Source of the DNA: Parcubacteria group bacterium
GTDB taxonomy: Bacteria; Patescibacteriota; Minisyncoccia; Phycocordibacterales; Zambryskibacteraceae
DNA length: 33,791 bases
Assembly (NCBI GenBank): GCA_028286805.1
Contig: JAQBQW010000028.1
Span: 1 to 33,791, forward strand
Direction of reading: 5' to 3'
The notes under the pieces were generated by a model. The model was not told where the DNA came from and did no database searches. It saw nothing but the letters and a program-made list of their open reading frames with translations. Below, piece after piece: positions 9,433 through 18,800 of this stretch. Position numbers and translations under genes: made by a program. Each line of letters starts with the position of its first letter. Position 1 is the stretch's first letter.

Positions 9433-10134
9433 TTAAAGTTCTAGAAAATCGAAAAGGGAACCTTCGGGATCGCCGGATTCAAAGATGGCGGATCCAACAA
9501 TCAATCTTTCTGCTCCGGCTTCGATCAACTCTTCGGCGTGTTCGATGGTCACTCCTCCGTCTATCGCAATAATCGTATCTTCGTGCGTCTTCTTCAGCTC
9601 CCTTATTCTATCAAAAATAACCGGATTAAACGCCTGTCCCTGCGAACCAATTTTATCTATTGCCATGAGCTGAACGAAATCCGCTTCGAGAACGTGCGGT
9701 AATACGTTTTCTATCGGCGTGTCTATGTTGACGGCCAATCCTATTTCTACACTAACCATGGAGGCAGCTGAACCGAATCGCTGTCTCAAACTATTCAATA
9801 CCGTGCTGACCTCATCGTCCGATTCAAAAGATTCGATATGAACGATTATCCTTTCAGCCCCGGCTCGAATCCAATCTTCGGCAATATCTTCTGGGTGTCT
9901 TACCATTAAGTGCGCTTCAAAGCTCAAATCTTCCCAGAAAGGAAAACCTTCGACCTCGTGTGCTATTTTTAGAAATTCAGACGGGTCTCCTGCATACGGC
10001 CATGAGGAACGGTCTGTCAGAGTTTTGTCTTCGACATCAATATGCACCATGGGAATGTGCCCGATTACCATCTCGAGTTTTTCATGAAGGTCTAAAAAGT
10101 CTTCGGGAAGAATCGCCGGGATGATGCTCGTCAT
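9433..10134 (-). CDS. rpe: Ribulose-phosphate 3-epimerase
   Basis: HIDV.D, EAHLMV, GQAF, IDGG and VGSAIF motifs. Confidence 0.88.
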   Translation of the reverse strand: MTSIIPAILPEDFLDLHEKLEMVIGHIPMVHIDVEDKTLTDRSSWPYAGDPSEFLKIAHEVEGFPFWEDLSFEAHLMVRHPEDIAEDWIRAGAERIIVHIESFESDDEVSTVLNSLRQRFGSAASMVSVEIGLAVNIDTPIENVLPHVLEADFVQLMAIDKIGSQGQAFNPVIFDRIRELKKTHEDTIIAIDGGVTIEHAEELIEAGAERLIVGSAIFESGDPEGSLFDFLEL

Positions 10135-10574
10135 AGATTGTTTATTTTATTGATTCTTCTGATGTGTCTTTCGTCTCCGGAAAAGGGGGTGTCGAGCCAT
10201 AACTTGATGGCGTGTTTCGCTTCGTTCTCGTTGATGAAGCCGGAACCCAAGGAAAGAACATTCGCATCATTATGCGTGCGGGATAGTTTTATAATACTGA
10301 GTTCTCCTCCATACCAAAGCGCTGCGCGAATTCCCTCCTGCTTGTTTGCAGACATTGCTTCCCCTTGTCCGGATTTTCCCAACACAATTCCTTTGGATTC
10401 GGGATCCGCAGAAACAGCTCTCGCCACCGCAGAAATAAAGTCCGGATAATCGTCTGTTTCGTCATAGACGAATGCACCCATGTCTTCGGCCGTATATCCA
10501 AGTTCGTGCAAGAAGGGGATCAACTTCCCTTTTAATTCGAACCCTGCATGATCAGACCCAATATAGATCTTCAT
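10131..10574 (-). CDS. rpiB: Ribose-5-phosphate isomerase B
   Basis: IGSDHAG, DYPD, SGQGE..SANK, R.HNDAN and RH.RR motifs. Confidence 0.93.
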   Translation of the reverse strand: MKIYIGSDHAGFELKGKLIPFLHELGYTAEDMGAFVYDETDDYPDFISAVARAVSADPESKGIVLGKSGQGEAMSANKQEGIRAALWYGGELSIIKLSRTHNDANVLSLGSGFINENEAKHAIKLWLDTPFSGDERHIRRINKINNL

Positions 10575-10576
10575 AG

Positions 10577-11611
10577 TTATTGAATTGAAGCCCCAAGTTT
10601 TGACACATGATCCACAAGCGTATAGGTGTACCCCATTTCGTTGTCATACCACGCCATCACCTTAATCAGATTTCCTCCAATGACTTTTGTGAGAGAAAGA
10701 TCTGCAATCGAACCGTATCGTGAACCCAAGATATCGGTTGAAACCAATTCTTCTTCAGTAACCGAGAAAATGCCTTCCCACTTCTTATCTGCTGCAGCTT
10801 TCTTTAATGCGGCATTTACTTCTTCCACGGTCGTATTTCTTTCAGAGATGAATGTTATGTCCACAATAGATCCTGCAATCACCGGAACGCGGATTGAAAG
10901 ACCGTCAAAGAGTCCGGTGAGCTTTGGAAATGCTTTGGTCACGGCAATTGCCGCTCCCGTGGTAGAAGGAACTATGTTTTGCGCAGCAGCTCTTCCCTCT
11001 CTAAATCCTTTTTTAGACGGACCATCAATGAGCGCCTGGGTGGCAGTGTATCCGTGTACCGTATTCAATACTGCTTTTTGAATACCTACAGCCGCATCAA
11101 GGATAGCAATGAGAGGAGAACCTGCGTTTGTGGTACACGATGCATTTGAAGTGATCTGGCATGTAGCCAACTTATCTTCGTTCACTCCCATGAGGATGGT
11201 GGCACCTTCAATACCGGCAATCGGTTCATCTTTCATCGGCGCGGTCACCACAACTCGTTTTGCACCTGCATCGAGATGAACCTTGGCTTTTTCATACGAT
11301 GTAAACAATCCTGTAGATTCAACCACAATATCAATATTCAAATCTTTCCAAGGAAGTTTGGCCGGATCTTTTTCCTGAATAAACTTGATTTCATGCCCGT
11401 CGATAATAAGAGCGCTTTTATCCGCTGAAACTTTCACGTCTAAATCAGATTTGCCGTATACCGTATCGTATTTGAAAAGATAGGCAATATTTTCAATATC
11501 TCCCAAATCATTCATGGCAACAACATCCAATTCTGGATGTTCTTTAGCCAATTTATAAAACGCGCGTCCGATTCTGCCTGCGCCGTTAACGGCTACTCGT
11601 ATTGTTTTCAT
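10577..11611 (-). CDS. gap: Glyceraldehyde-3-phosphate dehydrogenase (type I)
   Basis: NGAGRIGR, ESTG, ASCTTN, STTGAA and WYDNE motifs. Confidence 0.96.
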   Translation of the reverse strand: MKTIRVAVNGAGRIGRAFYKLAKEHPELDVVAMNDLGDIENIAYLFKYDTVYGKSDLDVKVSADKSALIIDGHEIKFIQEKDPAKLPWKDLNIDIVVESTGLFTSYEKAKVHLDAGAKRVVVTAPMKDEPIAGIEGATILMGVNEDKLATCQITSNASCTTNAGSPLIAILDAAVGIQKAVLNTVHGYTATQALIDGPSKKGFREGRAAAQNIVPSTTGAAIAVTKAFPKLTGLFDGLSIRVPVIAGSIVDITFISERNTTVEEVNAALKKAAADKKWEGIFSVTEEELVSTDILGSRYGSIADLSLTKVIGGNLIKVMAWYDNEMGYTYTLVDHVSKLGASIQ

Positions 11612-11617
11612 AAATCT

Positions 11618-11626
11618 AGTATATCA
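11618..11626 (-). promoter_or_regulatory. Extended -10 TGaTATACT, 6 nt before gap ATG; the TG is part of the nrdB stop codon
   Basis: Minus strand reads TGA TATACT agattt ATG. Confidence 0.6.
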
Positions 11627-12637
11627 CGCAACAGTTTCTGTCTTCTCCTCCACTTTCTTGGCTGAAGCGTGTCCATCTACCTCATACGAAGTGTTTTGAG
11701 CCTCAAAGAAGTTCACCAATTCGAATACGTCTGTGGCGGTAGACATCCATTTTGCGGGGTTTGTCGCATTATAGTGCTTTGGCAATCCGAGCTCTTCGAG
11801 TCTTCTGTCTGCCACATACTGCACATATTGGTTCACATAATCCGCATTCAAACCAAGAATACCCTGGGGGAACAAATCCTTGTTGTATGCAGTTTCGAGA
11901 TCCACTCCATCGATAATAATCTGCTGGATTTCATTGGCGAATTCTTCGGTTAACAGTTCTTCGTTTTCTTCGAGAATGGTGTGAACGAGGTTAATGCCGA
12001 ATTTAAGATGGAGGGATTCATCTCGGATAACCCAGTTGATCATCGAACCGAAGTTTCGAAGCTGGTTTCTTTGTCGGAACGAAAGCGCCACCATGAAACC
12101 GGAATAGAACCAGATTCCTTCCATGACGATGTTTGTGGCAACCAAATTTCGGATGAAATCTTTCTTTCCTTCAACGCTTGAGATATCGAGGGTATCTTCG
12201 GTCATTCTCCTCATGTATCTATTGATGTAGTCTTCCTTGGCGGTCATTGAAGGAACATTCAAATGAAGATCGAAAATCTTTTCTTTGTCGAAAGGGAAAG
12301 TTTGAAGAACGTATTCGAAAGCAACGCAGTGGTTTGCTTCTTCCCACATCTGCTTTGCAAGATACAGATGGCATTCCGGGGACTTGAGATACGGGTAGAT
12401 TCCCAAAGCGATCGAACGGTTAACAATGAGTTCTGCAGGATTGAAGAACGCCATCAAAAACTTAACGGCGTGTTTTTCGTCTTCGGTCATATTCGCCCAG
12501 TCATCTAGATCTTCTTTCAGTGTGATTTCGTGCGGAAACCAGGTGTTTCGAACTGCTTGGTTGTACAAATCATATGCCCATTGGTACCTGATGGGGTGTA
12601 GGTTCATATCGTCCGGCGTGGCTTTTCCGATGAGCAT
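11624..12637 (-). CDS. nrdB: Ribonucleotide reductase beta subunit, class Ic (R2c) signature
   Basis: W.PHEI.L..D, PAELIV (Glu at first ligand), EEANHCVAF (Phe at radical-Tyr site), EGIWFYSGF, RDESLH and NFFE...TSY. Start MLIGK (12637) avoids overlap with nrdA. Confidence 0.93.
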   Translation of the reverse strand: MLIGKATPDDMNLHPIRYQWAYDLYNQAVRNTWFPHEITLKEDLDDWANMTEDEKHAVKFLMAFFNPAELIVNRSIALGIYPYLKSPECHLYLAKQMWEEANHCVAFEYVLQTFPFDKEKIFDLHLNVPSMTAKEDYINRYMRRMTEDTLDISSVEGKKDFIRNLVATNIVMEGIWFYSGFMVALSFRQRNQLRNFGSMINWVIRDESLHLKFGINLVHTILEENEELLTEEFANEIQQIIIDGVDLETAYNKDLFPQGILGLNADYVNQYVQYVADRRLEELGLPKHYNATNPAKWMSTATDVFELVNFFEAQNTSYEVDGHASAKKVEEKTETVA

Positions 12638-12654
12638 TGGGAATATTAAATTAA

Positions 12655-15267
12655 TTACTGGCAACTAATACATGCGTTTGCATCTGCAGGATCCTCCGGC
12701 ATATGGATGGTATATCCTCCTGAAGGAGCAGGCTTCTGAATCTGCGCGGTCATCTCGATCATTTCAACCGGTTCAACTCGCACTACAATACCAGATTCAA
12801 CGGGGATGGTAATAGGTGCAACTTCTTCAACAATGTGTTCAATTATTGGAACAGGTTCTTCTTTTATCGGTTCAGTTACGGAAGACAATCCCGCTACCGC
12901 TCCGAATCCTTTTCTTCCCATCTTTTGTGCCTTATTCACAGCCACGGTGGACTGTTCGGCGGTGTGACGAGGCTTCATATGGAGATAGTAGGTGGATTTC
13001 AAACCTTTCTTCCAAGCGGTTGAATAGAGGTCCATCATGACGTCCACATCTCGTGAATCGAGATAAATGTTTCGAGACAATGCCTGGTCAGTCCATTTCT
13101 GCGCCCGTGCGGCAACTTCAACATATGCGTACGGAGAAGTAGTAAACGAAGTTTTGTATATATCTTTGATGTGCTGGGGAATCTTGTCTATGTTGGTAAG
13201 GTCTCCTTGGTGCGCAATGATCTGTTCCTTTACTTCATCCCAGATACCTAGGTTGTTGAGATCTTTAACCAAGTTGTGGTTAAGATCAAGATATTTTCCG
13301 GAAAGAGTGTTTCGAGAGAATACCTGAGCAAATCGTCCGTCGATGCCGGGAACGGTTCCTGCAACGAGACCGATGGTTGCATTTGGAGCAACCGCCATAA
13401 GAGTGGCGTTTCTCATTCCCTTCTTCACTTTTTCTCGGAGGATATCCCAATTAAGGCCCTTGTGGTGGGAAACTTTGTCTACAGCAAGAGGGACTCCCCG
13501 TCTGTCTTCGAGTATTTCAAGAGTATCAATTGGAACCTGACCCTTGGACCAGCGTGATCCTTCAAAGTTTTTGTAGCTTCCTCGTTCCTGGGCAAGATTG
13601 GCGCTTTCGTCTATTGCCATGTATGAGACGAATTCAAAGATTCGGTCGGTAAAGTTATAAGCAGCTTCGGATTCATAAGCAATACCAATCTTTTCAAAAA
13701 CGTCTGCAAGTCCCATCACTCCGAGTCCTACTGCTCTGTTCTCTGAATCTGATTTTCTGGCCTCAGCAATAGGAAGAAGGTTGATATCGATCAAGTTATC
13801 GAGCTGGCGAATAGCGGAACGAACGGTTTCTTCGAGTTTCTGCCACTGAATCTCTTTGTTAATGATATGCGCGGCCAAGTTGAGCGATGCGAGGTTGCAT
13901 ACAGCGATATTGTCTTTATCCTGAGGCAAACAAATCTCTGTACACAAATTAGACATGTGAATCGTACCTGTATTGTTGTTCATAGCGCGGAGGTTGATCG
14001 GATCTTTCCACACTTGCCATGGATGAGAGGTTGTCTGCAAAGCAACGAGCATCTGACGATACAATTCTTTGGCTGGAACTTTCTTAAACATATACAATTT
14101 ACCCTCTTCTGCCATTTGGACGTACTCCATATATCTTTTAGAGAATACTTTTCCATACATTTCATTCAAATCCGGAGTTTCTGCAGGATCGAACATGTAC
14201 CAGTCTTCTCCAGTACCAACACGCTTCATAAACTCGTCTGAAATGAATGCTGCTGTATTTGCCGTGCGCATTCTCATGTAATCGTCTCCCGCATTATGTT
14301 TCCATTCGAGGAAATCAGGAAAATCATAGTGCCAGGTTTCCATGTAGAAACAAAGCGCTCCTCTTCGTTTGCCGGCACGCATGATGGCACGTATTGCCGT
14401 ATCCATAATCTTGGCAAAAGGAGTTGGGCCGGATGATACTCCGTTAGTAGATTTGAGCGGAGATCCGGATGCGCGAAGCTTAGTCAAAGAAACTCCCATA
14501 CCTCCCGAACCTTTGGAGAGCATCATGACGTCAGAAACGGATTTAGAAATATGCGCCATGTCATCATGGACTTCCATGAGGAAACAGTTGGCGAGGGCCG
14601 GACGAGTGGTACCCGCACCGAGGTTAACCGAACTGCCTGCGATATATTCCATGCGAGACATCTTGTCGTAGAAACGGATTGCGGCATCAGTTGGATTGGC
14701 TTCGTTGTACGAGAGTCCCATGGCAACGCGCATAAAGAAAATTTGAGGCGTTTCAACGTGATCCTGATTCTTGTTGGTCAACAAATAAAGTTCTGCCACC
14801 GTTGAGATGCCCGTGTACTGAAAAAGACCGTCTCGTTTGAGATCAAGAGCTGCAGCTAACATAGGAAGATCGAACTTTTCTCTCATTCGAACATCTAACC
14901 TGCCCTCGGCGATTCCTTCTTCGATGTATCGATTGAAATATTCTTTATGCTTAATATCCAGAGTATGAGGATCGTTGTCATAAGGCCCGAGAACCTTTTT
15001 GTATATTGTTTTCAAGAAAAGACGGGTGGCAATAGTGTCATATCCGAGGTCATCTTTAATGTTTTGAACGGCGGCAATAATAGTTGCCTGGTCCATCTGT
15101 TCTGTTGAAATGCCATCGTAGACTGTCAATCGAGTATCAGTGGCAACCTGCATCACTTTTGAGATCGGATCGGTAAGACCGAACGCTGCGCGTTCGATCG
15201 ATTTGTTGATCATATCCGCATTAAATTCCTCTTTTGTACCGTCTCTTCGTGTGATGTATGGACTCAT
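12655..15267 (-). CDS. nrdA: Class I ribonucleotide reductase alpha subunit with N-terminal ATP cone
   Basis: ITRRDG..E.F ATP-cone start, NCF, SNLCTEI, VCNLAS, APNATI, STYY and C-terminal CISC. Confidence 0.95.
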   Translation of the reverse strand: MSPYITRRDGTKEEFNADMINKSIERAAFGLTDPISKVMQVATDTRLTVYDGISTEQMDQATIIAAVQNIKDDLGYDTIATRLFLKTIYKKVLGPYDNDPHTLDIKHKEYFNRYIEEGIAEGRLDVRMREKFDLPMLAAALDLKRDGLFQYTGISTVAELYLLTNKNQDHVETPQIFFMRVAMGLSYNEANPTDAAIRFYDKMSRMEYIAGSSVNLGAGTTRPALANCFLMEVHDDMAHISKSVSDVMMLSKGSGGMGVSLTKLRASGSPLKSTNGVSSGPTPFAKIMDTAIRAIMRAGKRRGALCFYMETWHYDFPDFLEWKHNAGDDYMRMRTANTAAFISDEFMKRVGTGEDWYMFDPAETPDLNEMYGKVFSKRYMEYVQMAEEGKLYMFKKVPAKELYRQMLVALQTTSHPWQVWKDPINLRAMNNNTGTIHMSNLCTEICLPQDKDNIAVCNLASLNLAAHIINKEIQWQKLEETVRSAIRQLDNLIDINLLPIAEARKSDSENRAVGLGVMGLADVFEKIGIAYESEAAYNFTDRIFEFVSYMAIDESANLAQERGSYKNFEGSRWSKGQVPIDTLEILEDRRGVPLAVDKVSHHKGLNWDILREKVKKGMRNATLMAVAPNATIGLVAGTVPGIDGRFAQVFSRNTLSGKYLDLNHNLVKDLNNLGIWDEVKEQIIAHQGDLTNIDKIPQHIKDIYKTSFTTSPYAYVEVAARAQKWTDQALSRNIYLDSRDVDVMMDLYSTAWKKGLKSTYYLHMKPRHTAEQSTVAVNKAQKMGRKGFGAVAGLSSVTEPIKEEPVPIIEHIVEEVAPITIPVESGIVVRVEPVEMIEMTAQIQKPAPSGGYTIHMPEDPADANACISCQ

Positions 15268-15427
15268 ATTTTTTGTGCTTATTTCTTCATATTGTACGCA
15301 TTAAATACCTCAAAAAGTTGGGGATAACTTTTCTTTTTGATTCAAAAAATAGAATGGAGAGAGTGTAAAGTCTTATCCGAAAACAGCCCTAAAAATAACA
15401 TCCAAAATCGACCGTGTCCTTTAAAAA

Positions 15428-15880
15428 TTAATGTCCGATAGAAAATTTTGAGCCAATGTTGATTCCATTTTTTAAAGCATATCCTGCGGGTATTTCGAGC
15501 ACGTATTGTGCGTCACTTTTTGGGTAAAAAACCTTCGGATATGTGTCTGGTGAAAGGGAGTTTTCTATACTTACCACTTCCCCATTATTGGCCCAAATGA
15601 TATCAATCGGAAACAGCATATCTTTCATCCAGAATCCTTGTTTTCCCGGAGTGGAAAATACGAACAGCATGCCTGTGCCGGAATCCAAAGAAGATCTTCC
15701 GCCCAAACCCTGCTGACGCAAAGATTCCGTATCGGCAATTTCAGCCAGAACTGAATTCCCTCCGATGTTTACGGTCGTTTGTTTATAGAGCAAGGGAACA
15801 TCAGCCGGCACATCTTTTTTATGGATTAAAACCAAAAAAATAAGAGCGAGAGCAGCTAAGCCCAACAGTAATTTTTTCAT
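15428..15880 (-). CDS. DUF192 family protein, membrane-anchored
   Basis: EIADT...RQQGL..R, GMLFVF, FWMKDM.FPIDII and YVLEIPAG; N-terminal TM helix. Confidence 0.9.
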   Translation of the reverse strand: MKKLLLGLAALALIFLVLIHKKDVPADVPLLYKQTTVNIGGNSVLAEIADTESLRQQGLGGRSSLDSGTGMLFVFSTPGKQGFWMKDMLFPIDIIWANNGEVVSIENSLSPDTYPKVFYPKSDAQYVLEIPAGYALKNGINIGSKFSIGH

Positions 15881-15898
15881 GAACTAACTATACCTTAC

Positions 15899-18800
15899 TT
15901 AACGAATGTTCGATTGAATGAATGTTTGAGTTTTTGGACCGTAATATCCGACAGGAGGCGTGATACCGTACTTCACCTGGAATTCTGCCAGCGCAGTTTT
16001 GGTCAGAGGACCGAAATAATGCGTAATGCCATTTTTTACAAGCGCACGTGCAGCCGGACCTGCGTTCAATGTTGCAAGTAACTTCTGCAGATCGTAGACA
16101 TCATTTCCTTTTGCTCCTATTTCAAGATCTCTACCCGTTGATACCGGAACAGATGCTAAGACATCCAGCAATGACTGTGGAACCACAATTCCCAAAAGCT
16201 GGGCCTGGAGAATCAAACTTCTATTATTCTGAATCAAAAGAATTTGTTGGGCGGACAGCGATGTGTTCTGTGGCGTTACCGGAGAAGGAGAAGAAGCACT
16301 CGATGATGTTCTTCTCTTACCGCTTATTGATAATGTGAGCGCTCCGTTACCGCCGGCAGTGAAAGGCGGAAGGGTGAAAGTTACTATCTCGTCGCTTAGA
16401 TTGGCGTTGCCCAATTGATCCACACAGCGTATGTAGTATGTATATGTCGTGCTTGCCTGCAAGAAGTTCGCTCCGAAACTATGGCTCGTGCTTCCGGTAA
16501 ATATGAAGAGTCCGCTCATTGAAATATATGGAGTGCCCGCAGATGTGCTGTAACGGCATGTGGCATTCTCGTTCGTGGTTACATGAACGCTCACGCTCGC
16601 CACTCCGGCGGTCAATGTACCTGAAGGAGAGACACCGCTGATAACGGGAGGGGTTGTATCGCCCGCCCCGTTGGAAACGGTGACCGTTACGGCAGTGGAT
16701 GTTGCATAATTTCCCGCTCCGTCTCGAGCAACCGCAACCAGAGAATGGCTTCCATCGGTAGCCGAGGTGGTGTTCCATGTAATTCCATATGCGGATGAAG
16801 TGTCTTCTGTGCCCAAATTGGTTCCGTCGAGTTTAAACTGAACTCCAATTACTGATGTATTGTCTGAAGCAGTTGCGGACACAGCCACCGAAGAACCTGA
16901 CACCGTGGCTCCGTTTGTGGGAGCGGTCATCGATACAGTTGGAGGAGTCACATCTCCCCCGCTGCCAATGGTGAATGAAATAGTGTAGTCGGTCGGATTA
17001 ACAAACGAGTTTATATCCGAACATCGCACATAATACGAATGCGCTCCGACCGAAAGACCGGTCAAACCTTGGCTGTGACTAGTTCCTCCCGTAGACGAGA
17101 ACGTGGAAGCGATCGAAGCGTACGCGGTTCCCGGCACCGTTCCGTATTTACACGTTGCGTTTTCATCCGTTACTACAGTAAGCGTTGCAGAAGTTGTTGT
17201 TGAAATGACGCCTGCGGGACTTCCGCCGGATACTACCGGCGGAGCGAAGTCTCCAGTCAGTACCCCGGCGGTTTTTGCATTCAACGTCGTCATGTTTACT
17301 CCAATATCCGTACCGTCAGAAGCCGTATTGTGTCCTGGACTATTTGAGGCAAGACGGAAGTCTTGTCCGGCAAGGTTGACGAAGTTGACCGAGGAAATAC
17401 TTGCCAGGGCAACGTTTGTAGCGGGATACGAAGCATTGTTTGTAGATTGAATGAGGTTATTTAAGAATGTACCGCTTCCGGTGAATACACCGACTGACTG
17501 AGTACCTTCAGTCAGTCCGGGTGCTTTAACTCCATATGTCGCGCCGGCAATAAGGTTGTCATTTATTCTTGTATTACTATCCGGCATGCCAGCTGGTTCT
17601 ATGGCGAATCCAGAAGTTGTCGCAATAAAGGTATTGTGCTTGAACGTCATGTCGGTTTGACTATCGAAGAGAGTTAGTGCACTTCCCTTGTCTCCAATAT
17701 ACGGAGGAGTGTTGACGTTATATCCGAGGTTGTTTGCAAACAACATTTTCTGCGCAGGGATCATTAAGTTTTCTCCGTCGCCAGAATCAGAAGGGATTTT
17801 CAAAATTGCTCCAACGTTTCTAATGATGTTGTTAGTGAAGGTGATATTTGCAACGATCGTCGTTGTCGCACCTGCTCCCCCGGAATCCTGCTGGTTGTTT
17901 CCCTTGATGTTGACACCCGTTCCATCTTGGTTGGCATTCCAGTTTCCGTCTAGAATGTTTCCGTCGATAAGCATGCGCTGTGCAGTCTTCAACTCGAATA
18001 AGTTTTTAACATTCCACCAAGGCTGTCCGTCTGATCGGGAGAGTGCACAATATGTAGCATCTGTTCTCCATGATGCTGGCTTGTAAAGATAATTGTGTCT
18101 AAACTCGATATCAGAAGGTACCGCTCCAAGGATTGCAGGATCTCCTCCTCCAAAGTTCAAGTTTTCTCCGGATGCTTCAAGGAAGTTGTTCACAATCTTA
18201 TATGGACCGAAGGAATTTAATCCGTTGATTGCCTGAGCATCAAATCCACAGGTCTTAAAGTTTGATATGTACGAATCAACGACGGTTGTGGTGGCGCTGT
18301 TCATTGAAATTCCTCGACGATCCGAATCCGCATCATTGCCGTGAATATACATGCGGTCAAAAATCAAATCGTGTGGAAGATCCCCAAGAATACCGCTCGG
18401 ATTGCCGAATATATCTCGCGAACCTCCCGTATCAATCAGCTGGCCGTTGTAATTAAATTCATCAGCAACAAATCCGGTTGAAACCGCGGATGCCACTTCA
18501 ATTCCAATCATGCGAATATTATGTGTTTGAGCAACAGTTTGAATTGCGGGACCCGTATCGGTGGTAATAATTTTTGCCATGTGTGACGCAGAAGTTGAAC
18601 TGACGCGATTTCCTTCTGTTTCGAGTCCCGCCATATCAGAGGTTCGAATAGTGAGCCAGCCTGAGCCTGTGGTGATTTTTGGCAAGACAAACGGACCGCT
18701 GTATGTTTGTCCTGCGGTTAAGATAATTTCATCTCCGAGAGATGCTCGCGGAAGAATGTAGTAGAGAGCGGCGGTTGTAGTTGCATTCCACGTCACTCCT

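Noticed and set aside
15268-15427. NrdR boxes upstream of nrdA
   Set aside because: No convincing match to the NrdR palindrome.
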